The position numbers and the translations under genes were made by a program. Shown piece after piece: positions 52,190 through 64,000 of a DNA stretch of 64,000 bases. The DNA is from Paragordius varius (taxonomy: Eukaryota; Animalia; Nematomorpha), in the NCBI GenBank assembly GCA_964247055.1, contig OZ176050.1, positions 2,046,001 through 2,110,000 of the forward strand, in the 5' to 3' direction. The notes under the pieces are model-generated. The model was not told the origin of the DNA and ran no database searches. It was given only the letters and a program-made list of their open reading frames with translations. Numbering within the stretch: position 1 is the stretch's first letter; each line of letters begins with the position of its first letter.

Positions 52190-55100
52190 ATGGTTTATAT
52201 AATTTTACTCAATATGCCAAGACAAATCCGAACCTCACATCTTAGGACCTACTTAGATCATTACATTGAAAAAAATGCATTTATTTGTTTTCATCTCAAG
52301 CACAGAAAGGATTTACTGATTGATGGGCCTAACATATGCTGCGCTATAGCCAATATTAAAGATGAATTTTTTCAAAAGTTTTACGAAGATTTCAATGGCA
52401 AAAAATGGATACATAACCGCCGATTGCTTCAAAGAAAATGTTTTGTCCATGTTATACACGAACGTATACATACTTTTAATGATTTAGAAAATAAATCTGA
52501 TATTTTAAAGAAATATCAGGTCAATAATTTTGAAGATCTTCCAGAATTTAAACCCCCTTTATCTATACTACCTCAAGGAAACGTTGGAACACCCTCTATA
52601 TATTTATTTGATTTGATTCAAAAATGTCGATTACCTGCTCATTTAATTAAAAAATTGGGTTTAAAATATCAACAAGTTGAAAAAAAGTATTCTCAAGTTC
52701 CTCTCCGCTACAGTATTATTTCTATGCATGTTATATAATTATTAATCAAATTAGTTAATTTTCATAACCAATTTTTCAAATCAATATTACTTTATAAAAT
52801 ATTTTTCCTGAAATATTAACTTAAGTTTAACCATTATATTTATTTATTCGATAATTTAATTTTCATATATACTTATTAGCATTGAGTTTTATTATATCAC
52901 AATGTTTATAGTGGCCAGAAAGGAATATTTTTTAAACAAGTAATTTTTTGGAATACAAAAAAATAACTTATGAGGATAAATTACAGTCCACAAAAAAATA
53001 CACTGATGATATATATCTGATAAACGTACCAAGATTATTATGGTGTTTTTGGTTTCGTTACTCACGATTGATATAAATATAATTACGACTTTTGTGGCAA
53101 TTGCCTTATATCAGAAAATGGCAAAATTTGTGATAAATTCTAAATGCTTCATTCCAAAAATATAAAATATATCATAAATATAAAAACCAAAACAAATGTT
53201 TGAAAAATCTTCAATTTTTTATGTGGGCTCCAAAATTCTAAAATTTTCGGACGTGTCCAATGAGGGTCAGATTTCTAATAAAGGCAAAAAGACCGAGATT
53301 TTACTATACTTAATTATACGCTAAATTTTGACATCAAAAAAAGTTTTTTAATTGATAATCTATTCAAAATTTATTGTAAAATTTTGAAGATGGTTCTTTG
53401 CTAATTTAAAGCATGATGGAAACGCTATAAAAAACTTTAAGGTGTTAATTTTTTCTTTTTAATATAATGATCATTTCTATCAACTTTAAAGATTCGGCTT
53501 TCAAGGGTGAATTTTATATTTATTAATTTGAAAACGAACGAATATTTTATTGTTTATTCTAGAGGTTACAACAGCATGAAGTGCGTTTTAACAAACTTTT
53601 GCTAAAAATAAATTTTGACTGAGTATGCTTTTTTATAAGTTCTTTCATGCCTTACAAATTATCGCGAAATCCTTATTTTATGTGAAAGAGTTCATTTTAG
53701 AGAGTGAAGGCAAAAACTTAAGAGTTTACATAAATTAAAATCAATAAAAATATTGTTTATATATATAGTATATCATATATTTAATAATATAATTTGAAAA
53801 AAGTTTTTATTTTGCCAAAAAGTTTTTGTACAATATAATGTGCTCTCATTTTGCGATTTATCTACATGGAGCAATAACCACCAATTCGCATTAATTTTTT
53901 TGTGAAACTCATAAGGCCCAAAACAAAAAGCACCATGAAAATTACATATTCTTATCTGGATGTATATATTTTATCAGGTTTTTATTTCGATTTTGTGCGC
54001 TTTGTTATATATCCCAATTTATATGATAGTATCGTTGTTACTTTTATATAGAGATTTGATATCAATTGTTCGATATCAAATAAATATTATCGACAAAGCT
54101 TTTTTGAAAATTATATTATAATTATATATTTTAGCGGGCAGACGTGAAAATTATACCACAGAAACGAATATAGCCAAAGGACTTACTCAAGTAATTTTAA
54201 CATGTATAAAAGTTTCTTCTATGGTATTTTTAACAATTTTATTTGGTCATATTAGGCAATTCAAATCAGCAAAAGTGATAATTTTACGTCAAATTCTAAT
54301 CGGAAATCTAAAGTCAAAGGAAAGAACAATATAATTTTTTCAATAAAAGACTCATTTGTACCATCCACATCTACAACAGATAACCAAAATCGAGATAAAG
54401 GTTTTTTTATTTTAAGTCAGTCGTTAAAATGTAACAAAATATGATTTATCACTTCTCTTTTGGGGTAGTTTTATACACCAAAGCAATAAATTTAGAATAT
54501 CTTAAACGGTATATAAGGTATTTGTTATAATATAAAAATTGGTTAACGAATGCTATTAAACTTTTTCGCGACCATTTTTTTCTTTAATTTTTTTGCAAAC
54601 CAAAAAATAAATATAAACTAAGCCTTTGTTCATACATCACATGGTTTTTCCCCCAAATTATAAAACCGTCATAATAATAATTCTAAAATAATCAATTAAA
54701 CAAAAAAATAAGAATTTTTGTATTACAAACTTATTAAATCTTTGAAATGAAATGAACAACATAAAATGGATATTTAGAAAACTCAAACCGAAATCGAAAT
54801 AATTTCGAAGGTCTAGAAGATGAATATGGGGAAGAATGGGATAGACATTGTCAATTCCATGATGATGTCGATAAACAGGAGCGAAGTAAAGAACAGCTGT
54901 TTGAACGCGACAAAGAGGTCGTCTGGGACAAGGGCAGTTCCGGTCTCAATTGGTACACTGATGCCGCTTTTTGGGATGAATTGGAATGGGGGAAAGGAAA
55001 TGGTATAAGCTATTGATTCTTAATAATTATTCTTTTTTCCAAGCTAAGCACTTATTTCAATTCATTTATATTTTATGTTAATTTTGCATTTTTTGGCCGT

Positions 55101-57344
55101 TTTGTATGGGAAAGAAAATGTCTCAAACAATATAAATATTTCCATGCACAGTGTATACTTAATATTTTAACAAATTTTGGGATTTTTTTACCCGAAAAAA
55201 TATAAATACGACAATAATTTTTCGAGGTGATTTGTATCAGGTAATTTTATCGAATTGGGCTTTAAAAAGATAATGTTATAATTATTCCTAGGGTTTTATA
55301 TAAAACCTTTTTATTTACTATGCATATGAATGCGGTGGAAATCGATATTATATACAAATATTGTTGTGACGGTTTGGCCTCAAAATAATAATATTTGCCT
55401 TATTAATGTTTGAATGATATTTACATCGTAGAACTCGGTTAAATTTGATTAATCGGCGCTTTTTGACCACGAATTATTATATTTCATGGTTTAATTATAA
55501 AACAAACACTTTTTCGAATTTGATATTTTACCAATATTTGGGGTGTTTTTTAAGAATTTATGTGAAGAATATGATTGGTTTTTTACCGAACAAAACATAA
55601 AAACCGGTCCATTACTGGTCATAAACAAATAAACCTTAAAATGAAAAATTTACAGACCAAACGTAAGAATTAAAAAAGTATTTTAAAAAAGGATACTTAT
55701 ATATTTAAACCTTGGATTTTTGAACTCTTTTTTTAGAATAAAATAAGAAAGGTAATGTTAATTGGTTATACGCATATTTCACAATTACAATCATAAACGT
55801 TTTTATATTAAGATTTTAAAAAAGTATGACTGTTTTTGCAAAAACAATATTAGTCTTTTAGCTAAACAATTTAAATACTTTAGGTTATGGCTTTAAAAAT
55901 ATGGAAATAACAATTGAAAAAATACCAAATTAAAAATATTTGTTTGTTAATTTTTATACCAATTTTAATTTATACGAAACATATGTTTAATGACTGGCAT
56001 TACAAGCGGTCACGTATATATCATTTCATAACTGAACCCAATTTTTGCATGATTACATTCAATGTATATTTACTATTCATGATATGAGATGTTTCATTTT
56101 GACTAAATATCTTTATTTTTAATATTTTTAGTGTTTGAAGAAAAATGTCCTGATGACTGGGATATTGACATGTCTGTCTACGATAATCCACGTAAGTTTA
56201 ATCATATAATCGTTTTCATTTATAAGCATACATTTCAAAACCAATTTTGTGATTTAAAAAACTTATAATAACTCCAAATATGTGTTACAGCTACTCTGTT
56301 TAAGACATACTTCATTTATATTTTCGCAATTTTATAATATATATATATATATTAATTATAAATACAATTGTTATTAGAAAGCGCCGATAAAGATGCCCAA
56401 GATTTATTAAGCATTCAAATGAAAGATAAAGGATTAATGGACGTCTGGAATCCCGGACGATATAATCAAACGCAAAAGCTGAATGAACTTTTTTGTCGGC
56501 CTGAGAATGTGCTCAAATATCGTAAAAATATTGTGGATCAATATGCAAAAAATGATACCTTACCCAAGGACTCTAATCAAATAGAATTTAAACCAAAAAA
56601 TAATGCTTTATTAAATAGTTTTAATATCAATAATGACAACAAAAGAATTGATAAAAAAAGGCACACATAAATTTGAAGCTTATGAGGATAAAGTTGTGCA
56701 AGGCATTGGTAAAATCTTAATACAAAAATCTGGTTGGACTGAAGGACAAGGACTGGGGAAATATAATGAAGGTATATCGGAACCATTGCCGATAGAAGGC
56801 ACGTTTGGCAAAATTGGTTTGGGGTAAGTTTTGTCTTTACTGTAATTTTTAAAGGGTTCTTTATGTTTATTAAATAAACATTTAATAATTACTTTTAGAC
56901 GTTTTCTAATAACATAATAATTTTTATTAATATAACCTGCCAAAATTAATTTTAAATTTTTACAATTTTACATTAACGAAAATTCTAAATATCGTGACAC
57001 ATTTATTTAGTTTTTTAAAAAAATAAAATCTATGGTCATAACAGAAAAAAATAGTATGTATTTTAAATTTTAGCGCATAAGAACATTTTTTATGCTAACA
57101 AATATTTTTTAAAGTTTTTTTATTTTTGCTCGACTATGAAAATTTATTTATATGCGAAAAAGGTACATATTTGCTTAATTTATTGATAGTATCATCAAAT
57201 ATTATTCATAGATATACCGGCACTAAAATCAATCGCAATGCTTCCCGTCGATCTCCTAAACAGCACAATCGCATTAACCGAAATAATAAATGGCCTTCGC
57301 GTCCAAAACTCATATCCACCATATATGATAAACATGACTCTTGA
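52190..57344 (+). CDS. GPATCH3: G-patch domain-containing protein 3; exons ~52190-52712, 54135-54190, 54256-54400, ~54811/54817-55002, 56132-56191, 56378-56823 (with frame break), 57212-57344
   Basis: Motifs FICFHLKHR, LPEFKPP..LPQGNVGTP, CRLP, GEEWDRH..HDDV..QER..EQLFE, WDKGSSGLNWYTDA, DDWDIDMSVY, G-patch GIGKILIQKSGWTEGQGLGK..GI.EP, GLGY and LISTIYD all follow the order in human GPATCH3; splice phases are compatible. Confidence 0.9.
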
Positions 57345-58000
57345 TACGATGCCAATTAATTTATATGATTTTATTAAAATACATTTTTATATTGGCTTCT
57401 CTGGCTAACTGATGAAAGAGAATACAGATTATACCTAAATAAATTTCCTACTCTTTTTTGGGTACTATCATATAAACTGAGCATTATTTTTACATCTAAT
57501 TTTTTATTTGTAAAATATCATATCAATATTTACCATTAATTTAATAAAGTAAAGATCTAATTTAAACAAACTTTATTAATTTCTGATACTATTTTAATCT
57601 TTTTAGGTTTAAGATTTTAGATACAAACGATGAATAAATAATTTTATTGTAATAGATACTTTCAATAATTCCCTCTTCAAACCTCCTTTATAACAACAAT
57701 TGAACGTCTGAACTCTTTAATTTATCCATAAACATTTTAATTCACACTGAAAATATACTATTTGTTTTTGGCACAGTTCATTACTCTTTTTTATTTTAAT
57801 TTTTTTAATATTAAATATCATGTTTAAAAATTAAATCATTAACACTTCGATTCAAATTGGAGTATATCCCAGACTATATCTGCCGAAACAAGTAAAATTT
57901 AGATTGCAAAAAGGTTCCATATCGACTACTTCGACGCCATTTTTATTATTTTTGCAATATTATCATCATCATAAAGGGGAGAACTCCCACGGAGTTTTCG

Positions 58001-58037
58001 TACCACGAAGTAATTCAAAATATTTTACTTCGTGGTA
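58001..58037. other. Perfect 13-bp inverted repeat (hairpin) with 11-nt loop
   Basis: TACCACGAAGTAA-ttcaaaatatt-TTACTTCGTGGTA. Confidence 0.8.
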
Positions 58038-58978
58038 ATTTGAGGCGATTTTTTCACGTAACTTATGCCCTTGTGTACAACTAATGATTTTACAGATAAT
58101 TAGAAACTGGTCTTTGTTAGCGCATTTTTATGCCCCAGCTAACACCGCGGGGAGGTGGCAATAGGACTTTGTTGGCCTTTGCAATATATCGGGTTTATTT
58201 AATTATAAAGTTAAAATTAAAGCTAATTTTTTATTTAAAACAAATCTAATATTGATAAAAACGGAAAGGGGGGGTTTTATTTTGTATTATTTATATATTT
58301 TGATAATGCACACATGTCATGTTGACTAAATTTTGATAATGCACACATGTTAAGTTGACTAAATTTTAACTTTTGGGTTTTACCTTTAAATAGATAATAT
58401 CAAGTATTTTTCAAGGAAGTTTTTTATATTTTGGTTTAATGTTATATAAGTGCAAAATTTTGCCATGGTTTCAATTCCGTCCTTATTTTTTGAGTTATAT
58501 AATTTAAACAGGCCTGGGGTATCTAACTACCCCAATTCGAAAATTGAAGGACTGAAATGAATGTATCCAAGTGTTAAACCCAGCTTACAACAAAATTATT
58601 TTTATTTTGTGGTATTTTTTAAAATATTTAACAAACGAACGTAACAGAGATAAAGATAAGCTGTCCCAAAACAATACTTGATGCCAGCACCCACATCAAA
58701 AAACTTATAATTTTTAAAAATATTATATATATGTAGTAATTGATATATTTTAGTGATATTTTTTGGAATTTAGCACACAGCCCAGAAGAATATTAAATGT
58801 GCGCATACTTTGCCATGATATGGAGCAATTACCACAAAAGTTTAAAAAAAAACTTTTTTAAATGACTCGTAAGGGCGAAAGCTAAAAGGACCATAATCCT
58901 GACTCAGAATTATATTTAATTAAGAAATTTTTTATAACTCCCGATGTTCCTTATAATTATTGAATGCCCATATATATA

Positions 58979-60216
58979 CACTTTGTACAAATAAATTTTT
59001 AACAAAAAATTTTTTTCATGAGATAGCTTATGACCAGAGTATTCATTTGCCGCAAAAATATTTATTTGTTGACAACCTAGTTTTTAAATATTGAGAGAAA
59101 ATCGAAATCGGGCAAAAAGTGAAAATTAAGGATAATTCAAAAAATAATGATAAAATCTGAAATAATATCGTTTATTATCATATAAGGAGATATTTGTAAT
59201 ATATAAATAGCCTATAATCATATAGTTAGGGTTTCTATAAAATTTCAGGTCAAAAGATGGCGTTTTTCTTTTATCACACTTAAAAGACAAAAAAATCAAT
59301 GAAACTATATTAAAATAATTTTTTTAATTATTTACTACCTAACACTATTAAAATCTTAACATTCATATTTTATTCAGGAAAATAAACTTCTATATCAAAA
59401 TAAAACCAAAAATATTGTTTTTTATTTTTGCATTTTTTGTCATCTGGTTTATGGGTGTATAATAAATTTATACTGTTTTATTTTGATTCTTAAATGAGTG
59501 GGAATTATTAAGTATATAATTTATGCAAAATAGGATTGAAAATTAGTGGAATATCAACCAACAATCCGTACCCAATACAAATATTAATTTGTCATTAAAC
59601 AGACTTGTTACAGGGATTTGTAAGGATCGTTGGTTGATATTCCACTAATTTTCAATCTTTTGCATAAATTATATACTTAATAATGTCTAATCTTGTAAGC
59701 CTAAAAACCGTAAAAAAAATTTATATACTCACAAACCAGATGACAAAAAAATGCAAAAATAAAAAATCAATTTTTGGTTTTATTTTGATTTAGAAGTTTA
59801 TTTTACTGAATAAAATATAAATGTTAAGATTTTAATAGTGAGTTTAGATAGTAAATAATTAAAAAAAAATATTTTAATATAGTTTCATTATTTTTTTTTG
59901 TCTTTTAAATGTGATAAAAGAAAAACGCCATCTTTTGATCTGAAATTTTATAGTAACCCTAACTATATGATTTTAAGCTATTTATACATATCTCCCATGA
60001 TGATAATAAACAATAATATTTCAGATTTTATCATTATTTTTTGATTTATCCTTAATTTTCACTTTTTGCCCGATTTCGATTTTCTCTCAATATTTCAAAA
60101 ACTAGGTTGTCAACAAATAAAAATTTTTGCGGCAAAGGAATACACTGGTCATAAGCTATCTCATGAAAAAAAATTTTTTTCGTTAAATCAAAATGACCCT
60201 CTTTTTGCACACAGTG
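58979..60216. mobile_element. Second copy of the ~1.25-kb palindromic Tc1-type MITE
   Basis: TA|CACTTTG ... CACAGTG|TA; same arms as 25517-26770. Confidence 0.85.
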
Positions 60217-62749
60217 TATATAATATATATATATATATATTTGAAGTGGCCACGAATTTGTGTTGGCATTCTCGGATCTACATGTATTAAAATATTTTTA
60301 GCAAAATCTCGGCATTTTTGCGTTCATTTGAGAACTAGCCCTTTAGGAGGGAGCAAAAATTTGCATCAAAGATAAAACTCTTATAAACATCTGTGTAAAG
60401 ATGTTTTATTTTTGGATTAGTAATACAGAAAAATAGAAGATAAATACTGTTTGGATATAAGATGTAAACATGATATAGGTTTGATATATAAATCTAAATA
60501 AAAAATGCTTGGATTGAGAATTGTTTGAATGAGAATGTGTGTTTATATGAGATTGTGTGTATTCGTATAAGATGAAAAGAGATATTATTTGACTTTATGT
60601 TACATTCTGCTGACCATTAAATATTGTCGTCCTTTTTACACATATTATTTTTTTATAAATGATAGTGTTTGGAAATAACTTTCAGCAAAAAAACTTTATA
60701 TAACTAAAGTACACGAATTTGCGATTTTTTGTATTTTTTATATCACTCGTAACCCCAAAATCAAATGCACTAGATAAACCTGGTTTATTTATCTATCAGA
60801 ATATCTATATATTTCAACAGAATATTTTAAACCCCCTCATTTTTGGACAATGTATATATAAAAATAACAAGATTGTGTGATAACATCCGCGAACACGACC
60901 TAATAAACCAAATATTATAATTTAAGTTACTGCAATAATCAATTTATACAGCAAAAATGAAAAACGAATCCTATAATTAAGATATTTGATTTTAAAACTT
61001 GTAAATAAAATTAATGCCTACTGTCCTAAATAAACGTTCCACTTTTTTAGCGTTGGTATCAAAATATCCACAAATTCAGGCTCTGTATTTCCTGCACACT
61101 CACAATTAAATATGTATTTAATAAAATAAAAAAAATCCCTAATAAGAAATGCGTGAATTAACTCTTCTAGCCAATTAAAAACAATTTGTATAATGATATA
61201 TCCTTTTACTTATGGTCATATTCTGGATCAGAGACTTGTTCGGCATAATCCTACAGATGCGTAGCTTGCATTTTTCTGATGGCAGGTGCATGAATCCGTG
61301 AAGACGCTCCCCTTTCCCTCCATTCGACCCCTTGCATTTTAATCAAATTTAAACCGTTAGAGGGATACGAAATGTGGCTCATCATTAACAGACACAAATG
61401 AAAACATGCAATTCAATCCCATTCCTTTGAAAACGACGGCTTGCTTAGCAAGTATATTAATAATTAAAAAAAATGATGTTAGTTTCTGCCCAAAATTCGA
61501 CTTAGTTAAATATAATGTTGTATAAAAGCAGTATGGAAACTGTTTTCGAATGCATAACCCAACTAAAACAGATTTTTTGGAAAATGGTTTGTATCCGAAA
61601 AGAGTGGCAATTTTTAAGTATTAAAAACATAAATAAATTGCGCAAAAGTTAAATAAATATTTACAAGAAAACTGCATCCCTAGACATAAATAGCATATTA
61701 TAAATAACTCCACATTTATTAATAATGCAAACATTTAAATATTAATTTATACATGTAAAAAAACAGCTCTTCAAATGAAAAACTTAAATTAAAAAACGGT
61801 TTCACTACATATTGATGAAAATCTTAATTTTTTTGAGCCAAGAGATAAACAAATTATACTTTAAATGGCCATTATTACAAACAATACAATTGTTTAACCG
61901 GTATATATGTAATTCTAATTGACTTATCAATATTGATTTTTATAATATATTTGATGGCCATAAAAAATACTTAAATCTATGTAGTTCATTAATTCAAGAA
62001 GAAAAGAGTAAAGTTGCAATTGAAAAATGATAAGGGACGGGCATAATGTATGTAGGTAGATAGAATATCATGCCTTCAATAGGCAAAGAAAAAAAAATAT
62101 TCTGTAATTTTCTTTTTCTTAAAATATTAATATAATGTTAACATAATGGGTGACATTGAGCAAACAATAAGTATAATATTGAAATAAATTAACATAAAAT
62201 CCTTATATCTGACACTTTGATGATTTAAAGCAAATTATTTATACGTCACATGATTAATATGAACATGCTGAGGTTGAAGGTAGCTTGAAGATAAAGTGGA
62301 GAGATATGATAAATATGGATATAAACAGTTGATTAGATTTAAATAAAAGGAGAATTTTGGTCAAGATAAAAGGTCATGACCACTCATAAATGGGTAATTT
62401 TTTCAATTACTAATAATAACTTTTACATACCTATTTTTTAAAATAATATTAAAAATCCGGCGCCCCTTCGACTATGGAACTTGATGCATCAGCCTCCATT
62501 GCCCCTCTCCCCCCGTAGCTACGCCATCGTAATCCTTGGTAAACTAATGTATATAATTTAATATCAAAACAACTTAATCAGGTTCTTAAGCAGTTTAATT
62601 TTAAATCGGTGGTTTTTCTCATGTATAAAAAGTCTCAAAACCGGAATTTATATTTTTTGGATGCCAAACGCAAATATAACAAATAAACATAATCGCAATT
62701 CCGTATTTTTACATAAAATGTTGAATATCAAGAACTTGTTTACCAAAAA

Positions 62750-63410
62750 TTTATATTAAATATGAATTTGATCTGGCACACGCATATCTCTTTAGTACTG
62801 ATTTTGAAAACGACTCAAATTTAGAAGCAATCAGACCATCGCAAAGAAGTATATGGAGTTTTGGCAAAATGTGCCAAAAAAAATTGAAAATATAAAAAAA
62901 TGTGCCCAGGTTATCTTGCCGCGTTCAACTTACATGCGAGGCGGCATATTCAAAAATAAAATGTGTCAAAATCTTATAAAACCCGCCTCCCAGAGGTCCA
63001 TACAGAACAAGTATTAGAATTGGCCTATATATTTTCGTTGTTTAATATTTAAATTTATTTTATTATCAAAAAAATTTTTGGCAGTAATTGCGACCCGCAA
63101 AAAATCTCGGTATACATATTTGTAGAGATTATATGGTACACGGCCCTTAAGACAGAAAGATATTTTATTGACCCAAATCTTTTTGGTGAGATTCACTGTT
63201 GTAAAACTAATCACAATAGGGAAATTGATTTAACTTTTGTGGATCTTTACGCGTCACTCTGATTAGTGTCCAATGTTACGTAATGTGCGGCCCGACAATT
63301 TACCAAATATAACCTGAATTCCATCGTTTGTAAAACTTTTCAACAAATTATTATATAATTATCCAATTTTGACAAGGAATTAGCGAAAATGGTAGAAATT
63401 AATAGATATT
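62750..63410 (+). pseudogene. hAT (Charlie-type) transposase C-terminal remnant, paralogous to 11575-12320
   Basis: Co-linear similarity (ATCTGGCAC...AAAAAATGTGCCCAGGTTATCTT...TCAACTTACAT). Confidence 0.6.
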
Positions 63411-64000
63411 GCCTTTGTAGATACTCAATCGAAATCAAATAATAAATTTATCGAATATGGGCCGCGAAGTCATTTATGTTAGATACCCTTCCAAACAAGT
63501 ATTACCAATTGGTGTGCCATTGATTTGTAAAATTAACGGAGGCAAAAATGCAAATTAAATTTTATAATTTAATCAACATTTTGATTCAAATTGGGAAATC
63601 TAGTGACCCCAGTCTAATTTATGTTAAACTGAAAAAAACGGTGCCTATTAATAAAAATTATATAAATAAGGTAAAATATCTACAAAAATATTGAAAATAC
63701 TCCATATAAAACTTCGATGGCATTCTTATTTTACAACGCCTAAAAACATAGTTTATTATTATTTCGAAATAAGGAGATCGAATAATATATAAAAATGGAA
63801 AATGCATCTTCCAATCTTTATTTGTGTATGTATAATAAGTTTACGAGATTTACTAGCTTCTGAAAAGCTTTACCTTTATTAACACATGGATACAACACAT
63901 TCAATTTAGTCCTTCGATTCAAATTGAGGTACTTAAATACCCCAGGCCTGTTTAAAATTAAATTTTTTAAAAAATATGGATCGACATGGCAAAGTTTTCC

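Overview
Very AT-rich eukaryotic (animal, probably protostome invertebrate; taxon not determinable from sequence alone) genomic DNA with GT-AG introns, low gene density and many decayed transposons. Five protein-coding genes can be assembled by hand. (1) A minus-strand orphan protein (~7.5-9.9 kb) with 8 tandem [E/V/Q]PIY[I/M]NQ + polyproline repeats. (2) A two-exon CAPA/PRXamide-like neuropeptide precursor (17.8-20.9 kb) that also encodes an RFamide. (3) A long multi-exon GTF3C1 (TFIIIC large subunit) homologue (24-42 kb). (4) A ubiquitin-specific protease (45.4-47.4 kb). (5) GPATCH3 (52.2-57.3 kb). The most striking observation is a class of ultra-short spliceosomal introns, all starting GTAA. 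Three of them (25, 22, 24 nt) must be spliced to build the USP catalytic domain, and a 28-nt one is likely in GTF3C1. They coexist with ordinary 60-160 nt and kilobase introns. Repeats include RTE LINE fragments, Gypsy LTR remnants, mariner and hAT fossils, long foldback MITEs (some with 21-bp subterminal arrays) and a tRNA-derived SINE. Family assignments come from motif recognition by eye and remembered homologue sequences, not from database searches.
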